64,000 bases of DNA, from assembly GCA_964057225.1 (NCBI GenBank), contig OZ059894.1, positions 21,762,001-21,826,000 of the forward strand, given 5' to 3'. Both the position numbers and the translations under genes were made by a program. Positions 1 to 12,000 of the stretch are shown here, in pieces. The DNA comes from Auanema rhodensis (lineage: Eukaryota > Animalia > Nematoda). Numbering within the stretch: the stretch's first letter is position 1; each line of letters starts with the position of its first letter. Under the pieces are notes generated by a model. The model did not search any database. It was not told where the DNA came from and saw only the letters and a list, made by a program, of their open reading frames with translations.

Positions 1-38
1 ATATTTGTGTGAACTTATATCAGTTGATATCTCGGTGC

Positions 39-89
39 ATTTTTAAGCTAGCGCAAATCTGATAACACAGATCGACGCAGCTTAAAAAT
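39..89. other. Hairpin A: 51-nt inverted repeat present in each monomer (first copy given)
   Basis: ATTTTTAAGCT-a-GCG-caa-ATCTG-[ataaca]-CAGAT-cga-CGC-AGCTTAAAAAT gives 11+3+5 paired bases with a 6-nt loop at 62-67. Confidence 0.9.
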
Positions 90-172
90 CCGCAACGAAT
101 GCACTATACTACATTGAGAAACGCTTAATACAAAAATTAGTTATGATCGTTTGAAAAATGATGCATTAGTGT

Positions 173-200
173 ATGTTGAGTTTCCATGTACACTCAACAT
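173..200. other. Hairpin C: 9-bp perfect stem with a 10-nt loop in each monomer (first copy given)
   Basis: ATGTTGAGT-[ttccatgtac]-ACTCAACAT. Confidence 0.88.
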
Positions 201-213
201 TGCTTCCAAAAAC

Positions 214-248
214 ATTTTGACAAAAATTTTTTCGAAAAATTTCAAAAT
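214..248. other. Dyad B: A/T-tract imperfect palindrome centred on TCGA in each monomer (first copy given)
   Basis: ATTTTGA-caAAAtTTTTTCGAAAAATT-TCAAAAT region: a perfect 12-bp core TTTTTCGAAAAA with outer arms ATTTTGA/TCAAAAT. Confidence 0.85.
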
Positions 249-3200
249 AATTCAGCAAAAAGTAAATGTTTTTAGATTCCTTTTTTCAAGGCAAAGACGA
301 TGGACAATGTTATTCAACGAAAAAATTAATTCTTCAGGGTGAAAATCGAGGATATAAGTGTGAACTTATATCAGTTGATATCTCGGTGCATTTTTAAGCT
401 AGCGCAAATCTGATAACACAGATCGACGCAGCTTAAAAATCCGCATCGAATGCACTATACTACATTGAGAAACGTTTGATACAAAAATTAGTTATGATCG
501 TTTGAAAAATGATGCATTAGTGTATGTTGAGTTTCCATGTACACTCAACATTGCTTCCAAAAACATTTTGACAAAAATTTTTTCGAAAAATTTCAAGATA
601 ATTCAGCAAAAAGTAGATGTTTTTAGATTCCATTTTTCAAGGCAAAGACGATGGACAATATTATTCAACGAAAAAATTAATTCTTCAGGGTGAAAATCGA
701 GGATATAAGTGTGAACTTATATCAGTTGATATCTCGGTGCATTTTAAAGCTAGCGCAAATCTGATAACACAGATCGACGCAGCTCAAAAATCCGCATCGA
801 ATGCACTATACTACATTGAGAAACGTTTGATACAAAAATTAGTTATGATCGTTTGAAAAATGATGCATTAGTGTATGTTGAGTTTCCATGTACACTCAAC
901 ATTGCTTCCAAAAACATTTTGACAAAAATTTTTTCGAAAAATTTCAAGATAATTCAGCAAAAAGTAGATGTTTTTAGATTCCATTTTTCAAGGCAAAGAC
1001 GATGGACAATATTATTCAACGAAAAAATTAATTCTTCAGGGTGAAAATCGAGGATATAAGTGTGAACTTATATCAGATGATATATCGGTGCATTTTTAAG
1101 CTAGCGCAAATCTGATAACACAGATCGACGCAGCTTAAAAATCCGCATCGAATGCACTATACTACATTGAGAAACGCTTAATACAAAAATTAGTTATGAT
1201 CGTTTGAAAAATGATGCATTAGTGTATGTTGAGTTTCCATGTACACTCAACATTGCTTCCAAAAACATTTTGACAAAAATTTTTTCGAAAAATTTCAAAA
1301 TAATTTAGGAAAAAGTAAATGTTTTTAGATTCCTTTTTTCAAGGCAAAGACGATGGACAATGTTATTCAACGAAAAAATTAATTCTTCAGGGTGAAAATC
1401 GAGGATATAAGTGTGAACTTATATCAGTTGATATCTCGGTGCATTTTAAAGCTAGCGCAAATCTGATAACACAGATCGACGCAGCTCAAAAATCCGCATC
1501 GAATGCACTATACTACATTGAGAAACGCTTAATACAAAAATTAGTTATGATCGTTTGAAAAATGATGCATTAGTGTATGTTGAGTTTCCATGTACACTCA
1601 ACATTGCTTCCAAAAACATTTTGACAAAAATTTTTTCGAAAAATTTCAAAATAATTTAGGAAAAAGTAAATGTTTTTAGATTCCTTTTTTCAAGGCAAAG
1701 ACGATGGACAATGTTATTCAACGAAAAAATTAATTCTTCAGGGTGAAAATCGAGGATATAAGTGTGAACTTATATCAGTTGATATCTCGGTGCATTTTTA
1801 AGCTAGCGCAAATCTGATAACACAGATCGACGCAGCTTAAAAATCCGCATCGAATGCACTATACTACATCAAGAAACGCTTGATACAAAAATTAGTTATG
1901 ATCGTTTGAAAAATGATGCATTAGTGTATGTTGAGTTTCCATGTACACTCAACATTGCTTCCAAAAACATTTTGACAAAAATTTTTTCGAAAAATTTCAA
2001 AATAATTTAGGAAAAAGTAGATGTTTTTAGATTTCTTTTTTCAAGGCGAAGACGATGGACAATGTTATTCAACGAAAAAATTAATTCTTCAGGGTGAAAA
2101 TCGAGGATATAAGTGTGAACTTATATCAGTTGATATCTCGGTGCATTTTTAAGCTAGCGCAAATCTGATAACACAGATCGACGCAGCTTAAAAATCCGCA
2201 TCGAATGCACTATACTACATTGAGAAACGTTTGATACAAAAATTAGTTATGATCGTTTGAAAAATGATGCATTAGTGTATGTTGAGTTTCCATGTACACT
2301 CAACATTGCTTCCAAAAACATTTTGACAAAAATTTTTTCGAAAAATTTCATAATAATTTAGCAAAAAGTAGATGTTTTTAGATTCCTGTTTTTAAGGCAA
2401 AGACGATGGACAATGTTATTCAACGAAAAAATTAATTCTTCAGGGTGAAAATCGAGGATATAAGTGTGAACTTATATCAGTTGATATCTCGGTGCATTTT
2501 TAAGCTAGCGCAAATCTGATAACACAGATCGACGCAGCTTAAAAATCCGCATTGAATGCACTATACTACATTGAGAAACGCTTAATACACAAATTAGTTA
2601 TGATCGTTTGAAAAATGATGCATTAGTGTGTGTTGAGTTTCCATGTACACTCAACATTGCTTCCAAAAACATTTTGACAAAAATTTTTTCGAAAAATTTC
2701 AAAATAATTTAGCAAAAAGTAGATGTTTTTAGATTCCATTTTTTAAGGCAAAGACGATGGACAATGTTATTCAACGAAAAAATTAATTCTTCAGGGTGAA
2801 AATCGAGGATATAAGTGTAAACTTATATCAGTTGATATCTCGGTGCATTTTTAAGCTAGCGCAAATCTGATAACACAGATCGACGCAGCTTAAAAATCCG
2901 CATCGAATGCACTATACTACATTGAGAAACGCTTAATACACAAATTAGTTATGATCGTTTGAAAAATGATGCATTAGTGTGTGTTGAGTTTCCATGTACA
3001 CTCAACATTGCTTCCAAAAACATTTTGACAAAAATTTTTTCGAAAAATTTCAAAATAATTCAGCAAAAAGTAGATGTTTTTAGATTCCTTTTTTCAAGGC
3101 AAAGACGATGGACAATGTTATTCAACGAAAAAATTGATTCTTCAGGGTGAAAATCGAGGATATTTGTGTGAACTTATATCAGTTGATATCTCGGTGCATT

Positions 3201-6200
3201 TTTAAGCTAGCGCAAATCTGATAACACAGATCGACGCAGCTTAAAAATCCGCAACGAATGCACTATACTACATTGAGAAACGCTTAATACAAAAATTAGT
3301 TATGATCGTTTGAAAAATGATGCATTAGTGTATGTTGAGTTTCCATGTACACTCAACATTGCTTCCAAAAACATTTTGACAAAAATTTTTTCGAAAAATT
3401 TCATAATAATTTAGCAAAAAGTAGATGTTTTTAGATTCCTGTTTTTAAGGCAAAGACGATGGACAATGTTATTCAACGAAAAAATTAATTCTTCAGGGTG
3501 AAAATCGAGGATATAAGTGTGAACTTATATCAGTTGATATCTCGGTGCATTTTAAAGCTAGCGCAAATCTGATAACACAGATCGACGCAGCTCAAAAATC
3601 CGCATCGAATGCACTATACTACATTGAGAAACGCTTAATACAAAAATTAGTTATGATCGTTTGAAAAATGATGCATTAGTGTATGTTGAGTTTCCATGTA
3701 CACTCAACATTGCTTCCAAAAACATTTTGACAAAAATTTTTTCGAAAAATTTCAAAATAATTTAGGAAAAAGTAGATGTTTTTAGATTTCTTTTTTCAAG
3801 GCGAAGACGATGGACAATGTTATTCAACGAAAAAATTAATTCTTCAGGGTGAAAATCGAGGATATAAGTGTGAACTTATATCAGTTGATATCTCGGTGCA
3901 TTTTTAAGCTAGCGCAAATCTGATAACACAGATCGACGCAGCTTAAAAATCCGCATCGAATGCACTATACTACATTGAGAAACGTTTGATACAAAAATTA
4001 GTTATGATCGTTTGAAAAATGATGCATTAGTGTATGTTGAGTTTCCATGTACACTCAACATTGCTTCCAAAAACATTTTGACAAAAATTTTTTCGAAAAA
4101 TTTCATAATAATTTAGCAAAAAGTAGATGTTTTTAGATTCCTGTTTTTAAGGCAAAGACGATGGACAATGTTATTCAACGAAAAAATTAATTCTTCAGGG
4201 TGAAAATCGAGGATATAAGTGTGAACTTATATCAGTTGATATCTCGGTGCATTTTTAAGCTAGCGCAAATCTGATAACACAGATCGACGCAGCTTAAAAA
4301 TCCGCATTGAATGCACTATACTACATTGAGAAACGCTTAATACACAAATTAGTTATGATCGTTTGAAAAATGATGCATTAGTGTGTGTTGAGTTTCCATG
4401 TACACTCAACATTGCTTCCAAAAACATTTTGACAAAAATTTTTTCGAAAAATTTCAAAATAATTTAGCAAAAAGTAGATGTTTTTAGATTCCATTTTTTA
4501 AGGCAAAGACGATGGACAATGTTATTCAACGAAAAAATTAATTCTTCAGGGTGAAAATCGAGGATATAAGTGTAAACTTATATCAGTTGATATCTCGGTG
4601 CATTTTTAAGCTAGCGCAAATCTGATAACACAGATCGACGCAGCTTAAAAATCCGCATCGAATGCACTATACTACATTGAGAAACGCTTAATACACAAAT
4701 TAGTTATGATCGTTTGAAAAATGATGCATTAGTGTGTGTTGAGTTTCCATGTACACTCAACATTGCTTCCAAAAACATTTTGACAAAAATTTTTTCGAAA
4801 AATTTCAAAATAATTCAGCAAAAAGTAGATGTTTTTAGATTCCTTTTTTCAAGGCAAAGACGATGGACAATGTTATTCAACGAAAAAATTGATTCTTCAG
4901 GGTGAAAATCGAGGATATTTGTGTGAACTTATATCAGTTGATATCTCGGTGCATTTTTAAGCTAGCGCAAATCTGATAACACAGATCGACGCAGCTTAAA
5001 AATCCGCAACGAATGCACTATACTACATTGAGAAACGCTTAATACAAAAATTAGTTATGATCGTTTGAAAAATGATGCATTAGTGTATGTTGAGTTTCCA
5101 TGTACACTCAACATTGCTTCCAAAAACATTTTGACAAAAATTTTTTCGAAAAATTTCAAAATAATTTAGCAAAAAGTAGATGTTTTTAGATTCCTTTTTT
5201 CAAGGCAAAGACGATGGACAATGTTATTCAACGAAAAAATTAATTCTTCAGGGTGAAAATCGAGGATATAAGTGTGAACTTATATCAGTTGATATCTCGG
5301 TGCATTTTTAAGCTAGCGCAAATCTGATAACACAGATCGACGCAGCTTAAAAATCCGCATCGAATGCACTATACTACATTGAGAAACGCTTAATACAAAA
5401 ATAAGTTATGATCGTTTGAAAAATGATGCATTAGTGTATGTTGAGTTTCCATGTACACTCAACATTGCTTCCAAAAACATTTTGACAAAAATTTTTTCGA
5501 AAAATTTCAAAATAATTTAGCAAAAAGTAGATGTTTTTAGATTCCTTTTTTCAAGGCAAAGACGATGGACAATGTTATTCAACGAAAAAATTAATTCTTC
5601 AGGGTGAAAATCGAGGATATAAGTGTGAACTTATATCAGTTGATATCTCGGTGCATTTTTAAGCTAGCGCAAATCTGATAACACAGATCGACGCAGCTTA
5701 AAAATCCGCAACGAATGCACTATACTACATTGAGAAACGCTTAATACAAAAATAAGTTATGATCGTTTGAAAAATGATGCATTAGTGTATGTTGAGTTTC
5801 CATGTACACTCAACATTGCTTCCAAAAACATTTTGACAAAAATTTTTTCGAAAAATTTCAAAATAATTCAGCAAAAAGTAGATGTTTTTAGATTCCTTTT
5901 TTCAAGGCAAAGACGATGGACAATGTTATTCAACGAAAAAATTAATTCTTCAGGGTGAAAATCGAGGATATAAGTGTGAACTTATATCAGTTGATATCTC
6001 GGTGCATTTTTAAGCTAGCGCAAATCTGATAACACAGATCGACGCAGCTTAAAAATCCGCATCGAATGCACTATACTACATTGAGAAACGCTTAATACAA
6101 AAATAAGTTATGATCGTTTGAAAAATGATGCATTAGTGTATGTTGAGTTTCCATGTACACTCAACATTGCTTCCAAAAACATTTTGACAAAAATTTTTTC

Positions 6201-9099
6201 GAAAAATTTCAAGATAATTCAGCAAAAAGTAGATGTTTTTAGATTCCATTTTTCAAGGCAAAGACGATGGACAATATTATTCAACGAAAAAATTAATTCT
6301 TCAGGGTGAAAATCGAGGATATAAGTGTGAACTTATATCAGATGATATATCGGTGCATTTTTAAGCTAGCGCAAATCTGATAACACAGATCGACGCAGCT
6401 TAAAAATCCGCATCGAATGCACTATACTACATTGAGAAACGCTTAATACAAAAATTAGTTATGATCGTTTGAAAAATGATGCATTAGTGTATGTTGAGTT
6501 TCCATGTACACTCAACATTGCTTCCAAAAACATTTTGACAAAAATTTTTTCGAAAAATTTCAAAATAATTTAGGAAAAAGTAAATGTTTTTAGATTCCTT
6601 TTTTCAAGGCAAAGACGATGGACAATGTTATTCAACGAAAAAATTAATTCTTCAGGGTGAAAATCGAGGATATAAGTGTGAACTTATATCAGTTGATATC
6701 TCGGTGCATTTTAAAGCTAGCGCAAATCTGATAACACAGATCGACGCAGCTCAAAAATCCGCATCGAATGCACTATACTACATTGAGAAACGCTTAATAC
6801 AAAAATTAGTTATGATCGTTTGAAAAATGATGCATTAGTGTATGTTGAGTTTCCATGTACACTCAACATTGCTTCCAAAAACATTTTGACAAAAATTTTT
6901 TCGAAAAATTTCAAAATAATTTAGGAAAAAGTAGATGTTTTTAGATTTCTTTTTTCAAGGCGAAGACGATGGACAATGTTATTCAACGAAAAAATTAATT
7001 CTTCAGGGTGAAAATCGAGGATATAAGTGTGAACTTATATCAGTTGATATCTCGGTGCATTTTTAAGCTAGCGCAAATCTGATAACACAGATCGACGCAG
7101 CTTAAAAATCCGCATCGAATGCACTATACTACATTGAGAAACGTTTGATACAAAAATTAGTTATGATCGTTTGAAAAATGATGCATTAGTGTATGTTGAG
7201 TTTCCATGTACACTCAACATTGCTTCCAAAAACATTTTGACAAAAATTTTTTCGAAAAATTTCATAATAATTTAGCAAAAAGTAGATGTTTTTAGATTCC
7301 TGTTTTTAAGGCAAAGACGATGGACAATGTTATTCAACGAAAAAATTAATTCTTCAGGGTGAAAATCGAGGATATAAGTGTGAACTTATATCAGTTGATA
7401 TCTCGGTGCATTTTTAAGCTAGCGCAAATCTGATAACACAGATCGACGCAGCTTAAAAATCCGCATTGAATGCACTATACTACATTGAGAAACGCTTAAT
7501 ACACAAATTAGTTATGATCGTTTGAAAAATGATGCATTAGTGTGTGTTGAGTTTCCATGTACACTCAACATTGCTTCCAAAAACATTTTGACAAAAATTT
7601 TTTCGAAAAATTTCAAAATAATTTAGCAAAAAGTAGATGTTTTTAGATTCCATTTTTTAAGGCAAAGACGATGGACAATGTTATTCAACGAAAAAATTAA
7701 TTCTTCAGGGTGAAAATCGAGGATATAAGTGTAAACTTATATCAGTTGATATCTCGGTGCATTTTTAAGCTAGCGCAAATCTGATAACACAGATCGACGC
7801 AGCTTAAAAATCCGCATCGAATGCACTATACTACATTGAGAAACGCTTAATACACAAATTAGTTATGATCGTTTGAAAAATGATGCATTAGTGTGTGTTG
7901 AGTTTCCATGTACACTCAACATTGCTTCCAAAAACATTTTGACAAAAATTTTTTCGAAAAATTTCAAAATAATTCAGCAAAAAGTAGATGTTTTTAGATT
8001 CCTTTTTTCAAGGCAAAGACGATGGACAATGTTATTCAACGAAAAAATTGATTCTTCAGGGTGAAAATCGAGGATATTTGTGTGAACTTATATCAGTTGA
8101 TATCTCGGTGCATTTTTAAGCTAGCGCAAATCTGATAACACAGATCGACGCAGCTTAAAAATTCGCAACGAATGCACTATACTACATTGAGAAACGCTTA
8201 ATACAAAAATTAGTTATGATCGTTTGAAAAATGATGCATTAGTGTATGTTGAGTTTCCATGTACACTCAACATTGCTTCCAAAAACATTTTGACAAAAAT
8301 TTTTTCGAAAAATTTCAAAATAATTTAGCAAAAAGTAGATGTTTTTAGATTCCTTTTTTCAAGGCAAAGACGATGGACAATGTTATTCAACGAAAAAATT
8401 AATTCTTCAGGGTGAAAATCGAGGATATAAGTGTGAACTTATATCAGTTGATATCTCGGTGCATTTTTAAGCTAGCGCAAATCTGATAACACAGATCGAC
8501 GCAGCTTAAAAATCCGCAACGAATGCACTATACTACATTGAGAAACGCTTAATACAAAAATAAGTTATGATCGTTTGAAAAATGATGCATTAGTGTATGT
8601 TGAGTTTCCATGTACACTCAACATTGCTTCCAAAAACATTTTGACAAAAATTTTTTCGAAAAATTTCAAAATAATTCAGCAAAAAGTAGATGTTTTTAGA
8701 TTCCTTTTTTCAAGGCAAAGACGATGGACAATGTTATTCAACGAAAAAATTAATTCTTCAGGGTGAAAATCGAGGATATAAGTGTGAACTTATATCAGTT
8801 GATATCTCGGTGCATTTTTAAGCTAGCGCAAATCTGATAACACAGATCGACGCAGCTTAAAAATCCGCATCGAATGCACTATACTACATTGAGAAACGTT
8901 TGATACAAAAATTAGTTATGATCGTTTGAAAAATGATGCATTAGTGTATGTTGAGTTTCCATGTACACTCAACATTGCTTCCAAAAACATTTTGACAAAA
9001 ATTTTTTCGAAAAATTTCAAAATAATTTAGCAAAAAGTATATGTTTTTAGATTCCTTTTTTTAAGGCAAAGACGATGGACAATGTTATTCAACGAAAAA

Positions 9100-12000
9100 A
9101 TTAATTCTTCAGGGTGAAAATCGAGGATATAAGTGTGAACTTATATCAGTTGATATCTCGGTGCATTTTTAAGCTAGCGCAAATCTGATAACACAGATCG
9201 ACGCAGCTTAAAAATCCGCATCGAATGCACTATACTACATTGAGAAACGCTTAATACACAAATTAGTTATGATCGTTTGAAAAATGATGCATTAGTGTAT
9301 GTTGAGTTTCCATGTACACTCAACATTGCTTCCAAAAACATTTTGACAAAAATTTTTTCGAAAAATTTCAAAATAATTCAGCAAAAAGTAGATGTTTTTA
9401 GATTCCTTTTTTCAAGGCAAAGACGATGGACAATGTTATTCAACGAAAAAATTAATTCTTCAGGGTGAAAATCGAGGATATAAGTGTGAACTTATATCAG
9501 TTGATATCTCGGTGCATTTTTAAGCTAGCGCAAATCTGATAACACAGATCGACGCAGCTTAAAAATCCGCATCGAATGCACTATACTACATTGAGAAACG
9601 TTTGATACAAAAATTAGTTATGATCGTTTGAAAAATGATGCATTAGTGTATGTTGAGTTTCCATGTACACTCAACATTGCTTCCAAAAACATTTTGACAA
9701 AAATTTTTTCGAAAAATTTCAAAATAATTTAGCAAAAAGTAGATGTTTTTAGATTCCTTTTTTTAAGGCAAAGACGATGGACAATGTTATTCAACGAAAA
9801 AATTAATTCTTCAGGGTGAAAATCGAGGATATAAGTGTGAACTTATATCAGTTGATATCTCGGTGCATTTTTAAGCTAGCGCAAATCTGATAACACAGAT
9901 CGACGCAGCTTAAAAATCCGCATCAAATGCACAATACTACATTGAGAAACGTTTGATACAAAAATTAGTTATGATCGTTTGAAAAATGATGCATTAGTGT
10001 ATGTTGAGTTTCCATGTACACTCAACATTGCTTCCAAAAACATTTTGACAAAAATTTTTTCGAAAAATTTCAAAATAATTCAGCAAAAAGTAGATGTTTT
10101 TAGATTCCTTTTTTCAAGGCAAAGACGATGGACAATGTTATTCAACGAAAAAATTAATTCTTCATGGTGAAAATCGAGGATATAAGTGTGAACTTATATC
10201 AGTTGATATCTCGGTGCATTTTTAAGCTAGCGCAAATCTGATAACACAGATCGACGCAGCTTAAAAATCCGCATCGAATGCACTATACTACATTGAGAAA
10301 CGCTTAATACAAAAATTAGTTATGATCGTTTGAAAAATGATGCATTAGTGTATGTTGAGTTTCCATGTACACTCAACATTGCTTCCAAAAACATTTTGAC
10401 AAAAATTTTTTCGAAAAATTTCATAATAATTTAGCAAAAAGTAGATGTTTTTAGATTCCTGTTTTTAAGGCAAAGACGATGGACAATGTTATTCAACGAA
10501 AAAATTAATTCTTCAGGGTGAAAATCGAGGATATAAGTGTGAACTTATATCAGTTGATATCTCGGTGCATTTTTAAGCTAGCGCAAATTTGATAACACAG
10601 ATCGACGCAGCTTAAAAATCCGCATCGAATGCACTATACTACATTGAGAAACGCTTGATACAAAAATTAGTTATGTTCGTTTGAAAAATGATGCATTAGT
10701 GTATGTTGAGTTTCCATGTACACTCAACATTGCTTCAAAAAACATTTTGACAAAAATTTTTTCGAAAAATTTCAAAATAATTTAGCAAAAAGTAGATGTT
10801 TTTAGATTCCTTTTTTTGAGGCAAAGACGATGGACAATGTTATTCAACGAAAAAATTGATTCTTCAGGGTGAAAATCGAGGATATAAGTGTGAACTTATA
10901 TCAGTTGATATCTCGGTGCATTTTTAAGCTAGCGCAAATCTGATAACACAGATCGACGCAGCTTAAAAATCCGCATCGAATGCACTATACTACATTGAGA
11001 AACGCTTAATACAAAAATTAGTTATGATCGTTTGAAAAATGATGCATTAGTGTATGTTGAGTTTCCATGTACACTCAACATTGCTTCCAAAAACATTTTG
11101 ACAAAAATTTTTTCGAAAAATTTCATAATAATTTAGCAAAAAGTAGATGTTTTTAGATTCCTGTTTTTAAGGCAAAGACGATGGACAATGTTATTCAACG
11201 AAAAAATTAATTCTTCAGGGTGAAAATCGAGGATATAAGTGTGAACTTATATCAGTTGATATCTCGGTGCATTTTGAAGCTAGCGCAAATTTGATAACAC
11301 AGATCGACGCAGCTTAAAAATCCGCATCGAATGCACTATACTACATTGAGAAACGCTTGATACAAAAATTAGTTATGTTCGTTTGAAAAATGATGCATTA
11401 GTGTATGTTGAGTTTCCATGTACACTCAACATTGCTTCAAAAAACATTTTGACAAAAATTTTTTCGAAAAATTTCAAAATAATTTAGCAAAAAGTAGATG
11501 TTTTTAGATTCCATTTTTCAAGGCAAAGACGATAGACAATGTTATTCAACGAAAAAATTAATTCTTCAGGGTGAAAATCGAGGATATAAGTGTGAACTTA
11601 TATCAGTTGATATCTCGGTGCATTTTTAAGCTAGCGCAAATCTGATAACACAGATCGACGCAGCTTAAAAATCCGCATCGAATGCACTATACTACATCAA
11701 GAAACGCTTGATACAAAAATTAGTTATGATCGTTTGAAAAATGATGCATTAGTGTATGTTGAGTTTCCATGTACACTCAACATTGCTTCCAAAAACATTT
11801 TGACAAAAATTTTTTCGAAAAATTTCAAAATATTTTAGCAAAAAGTAGATGTTTTTAGATTCCTGTTTTTAAGGCAAAGACGATGGACAATGTTATTCAA
11901 CGAAAAAATTAATTCTTCAGGGTGAAAATCGAGGATATAAGTGTGAACTTATATCAGTTGATATCTCGGTGCATTTTTAAGCTAGCGCAAATCTGATAAC

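Larger units (their letters stand above)
1..8424 (+). repeat. Higher-order repeat domain with 9-, 5- and 9-monomer spacing
   Basis: The rare variant ATATTTGTGTG (consensus ATATAAGTGTG), linked to GCAACG, occurs at 1, 3160, 4915 and 8074 (spacings 3159, 1755, 3159). The variant CAGATGATATATCGG occurs at about 1074 and 6339 (15 monomers apart). The ORF variant LVCV...KIDSSG occurs at 2959, 4714 and 7873. Confidence 0.8.

Noticed and set aside
39-89. Rho-independent terminator or MITE terminal inverted repeats
   Set aside because: There is no gene context and no target-site duplication or element boundary. The hairpin is internal to a satellite monomer, although a remote transposon origin cannot be excluded.
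1-351. Tandem 5S rRNA, tRNA, snRNA or spliced-leader gene unit
   Set aside because: I found no recognisable 5S sequence, cloverleaf, pol III A/B boxes or spliced-leader sequence in the monomer.
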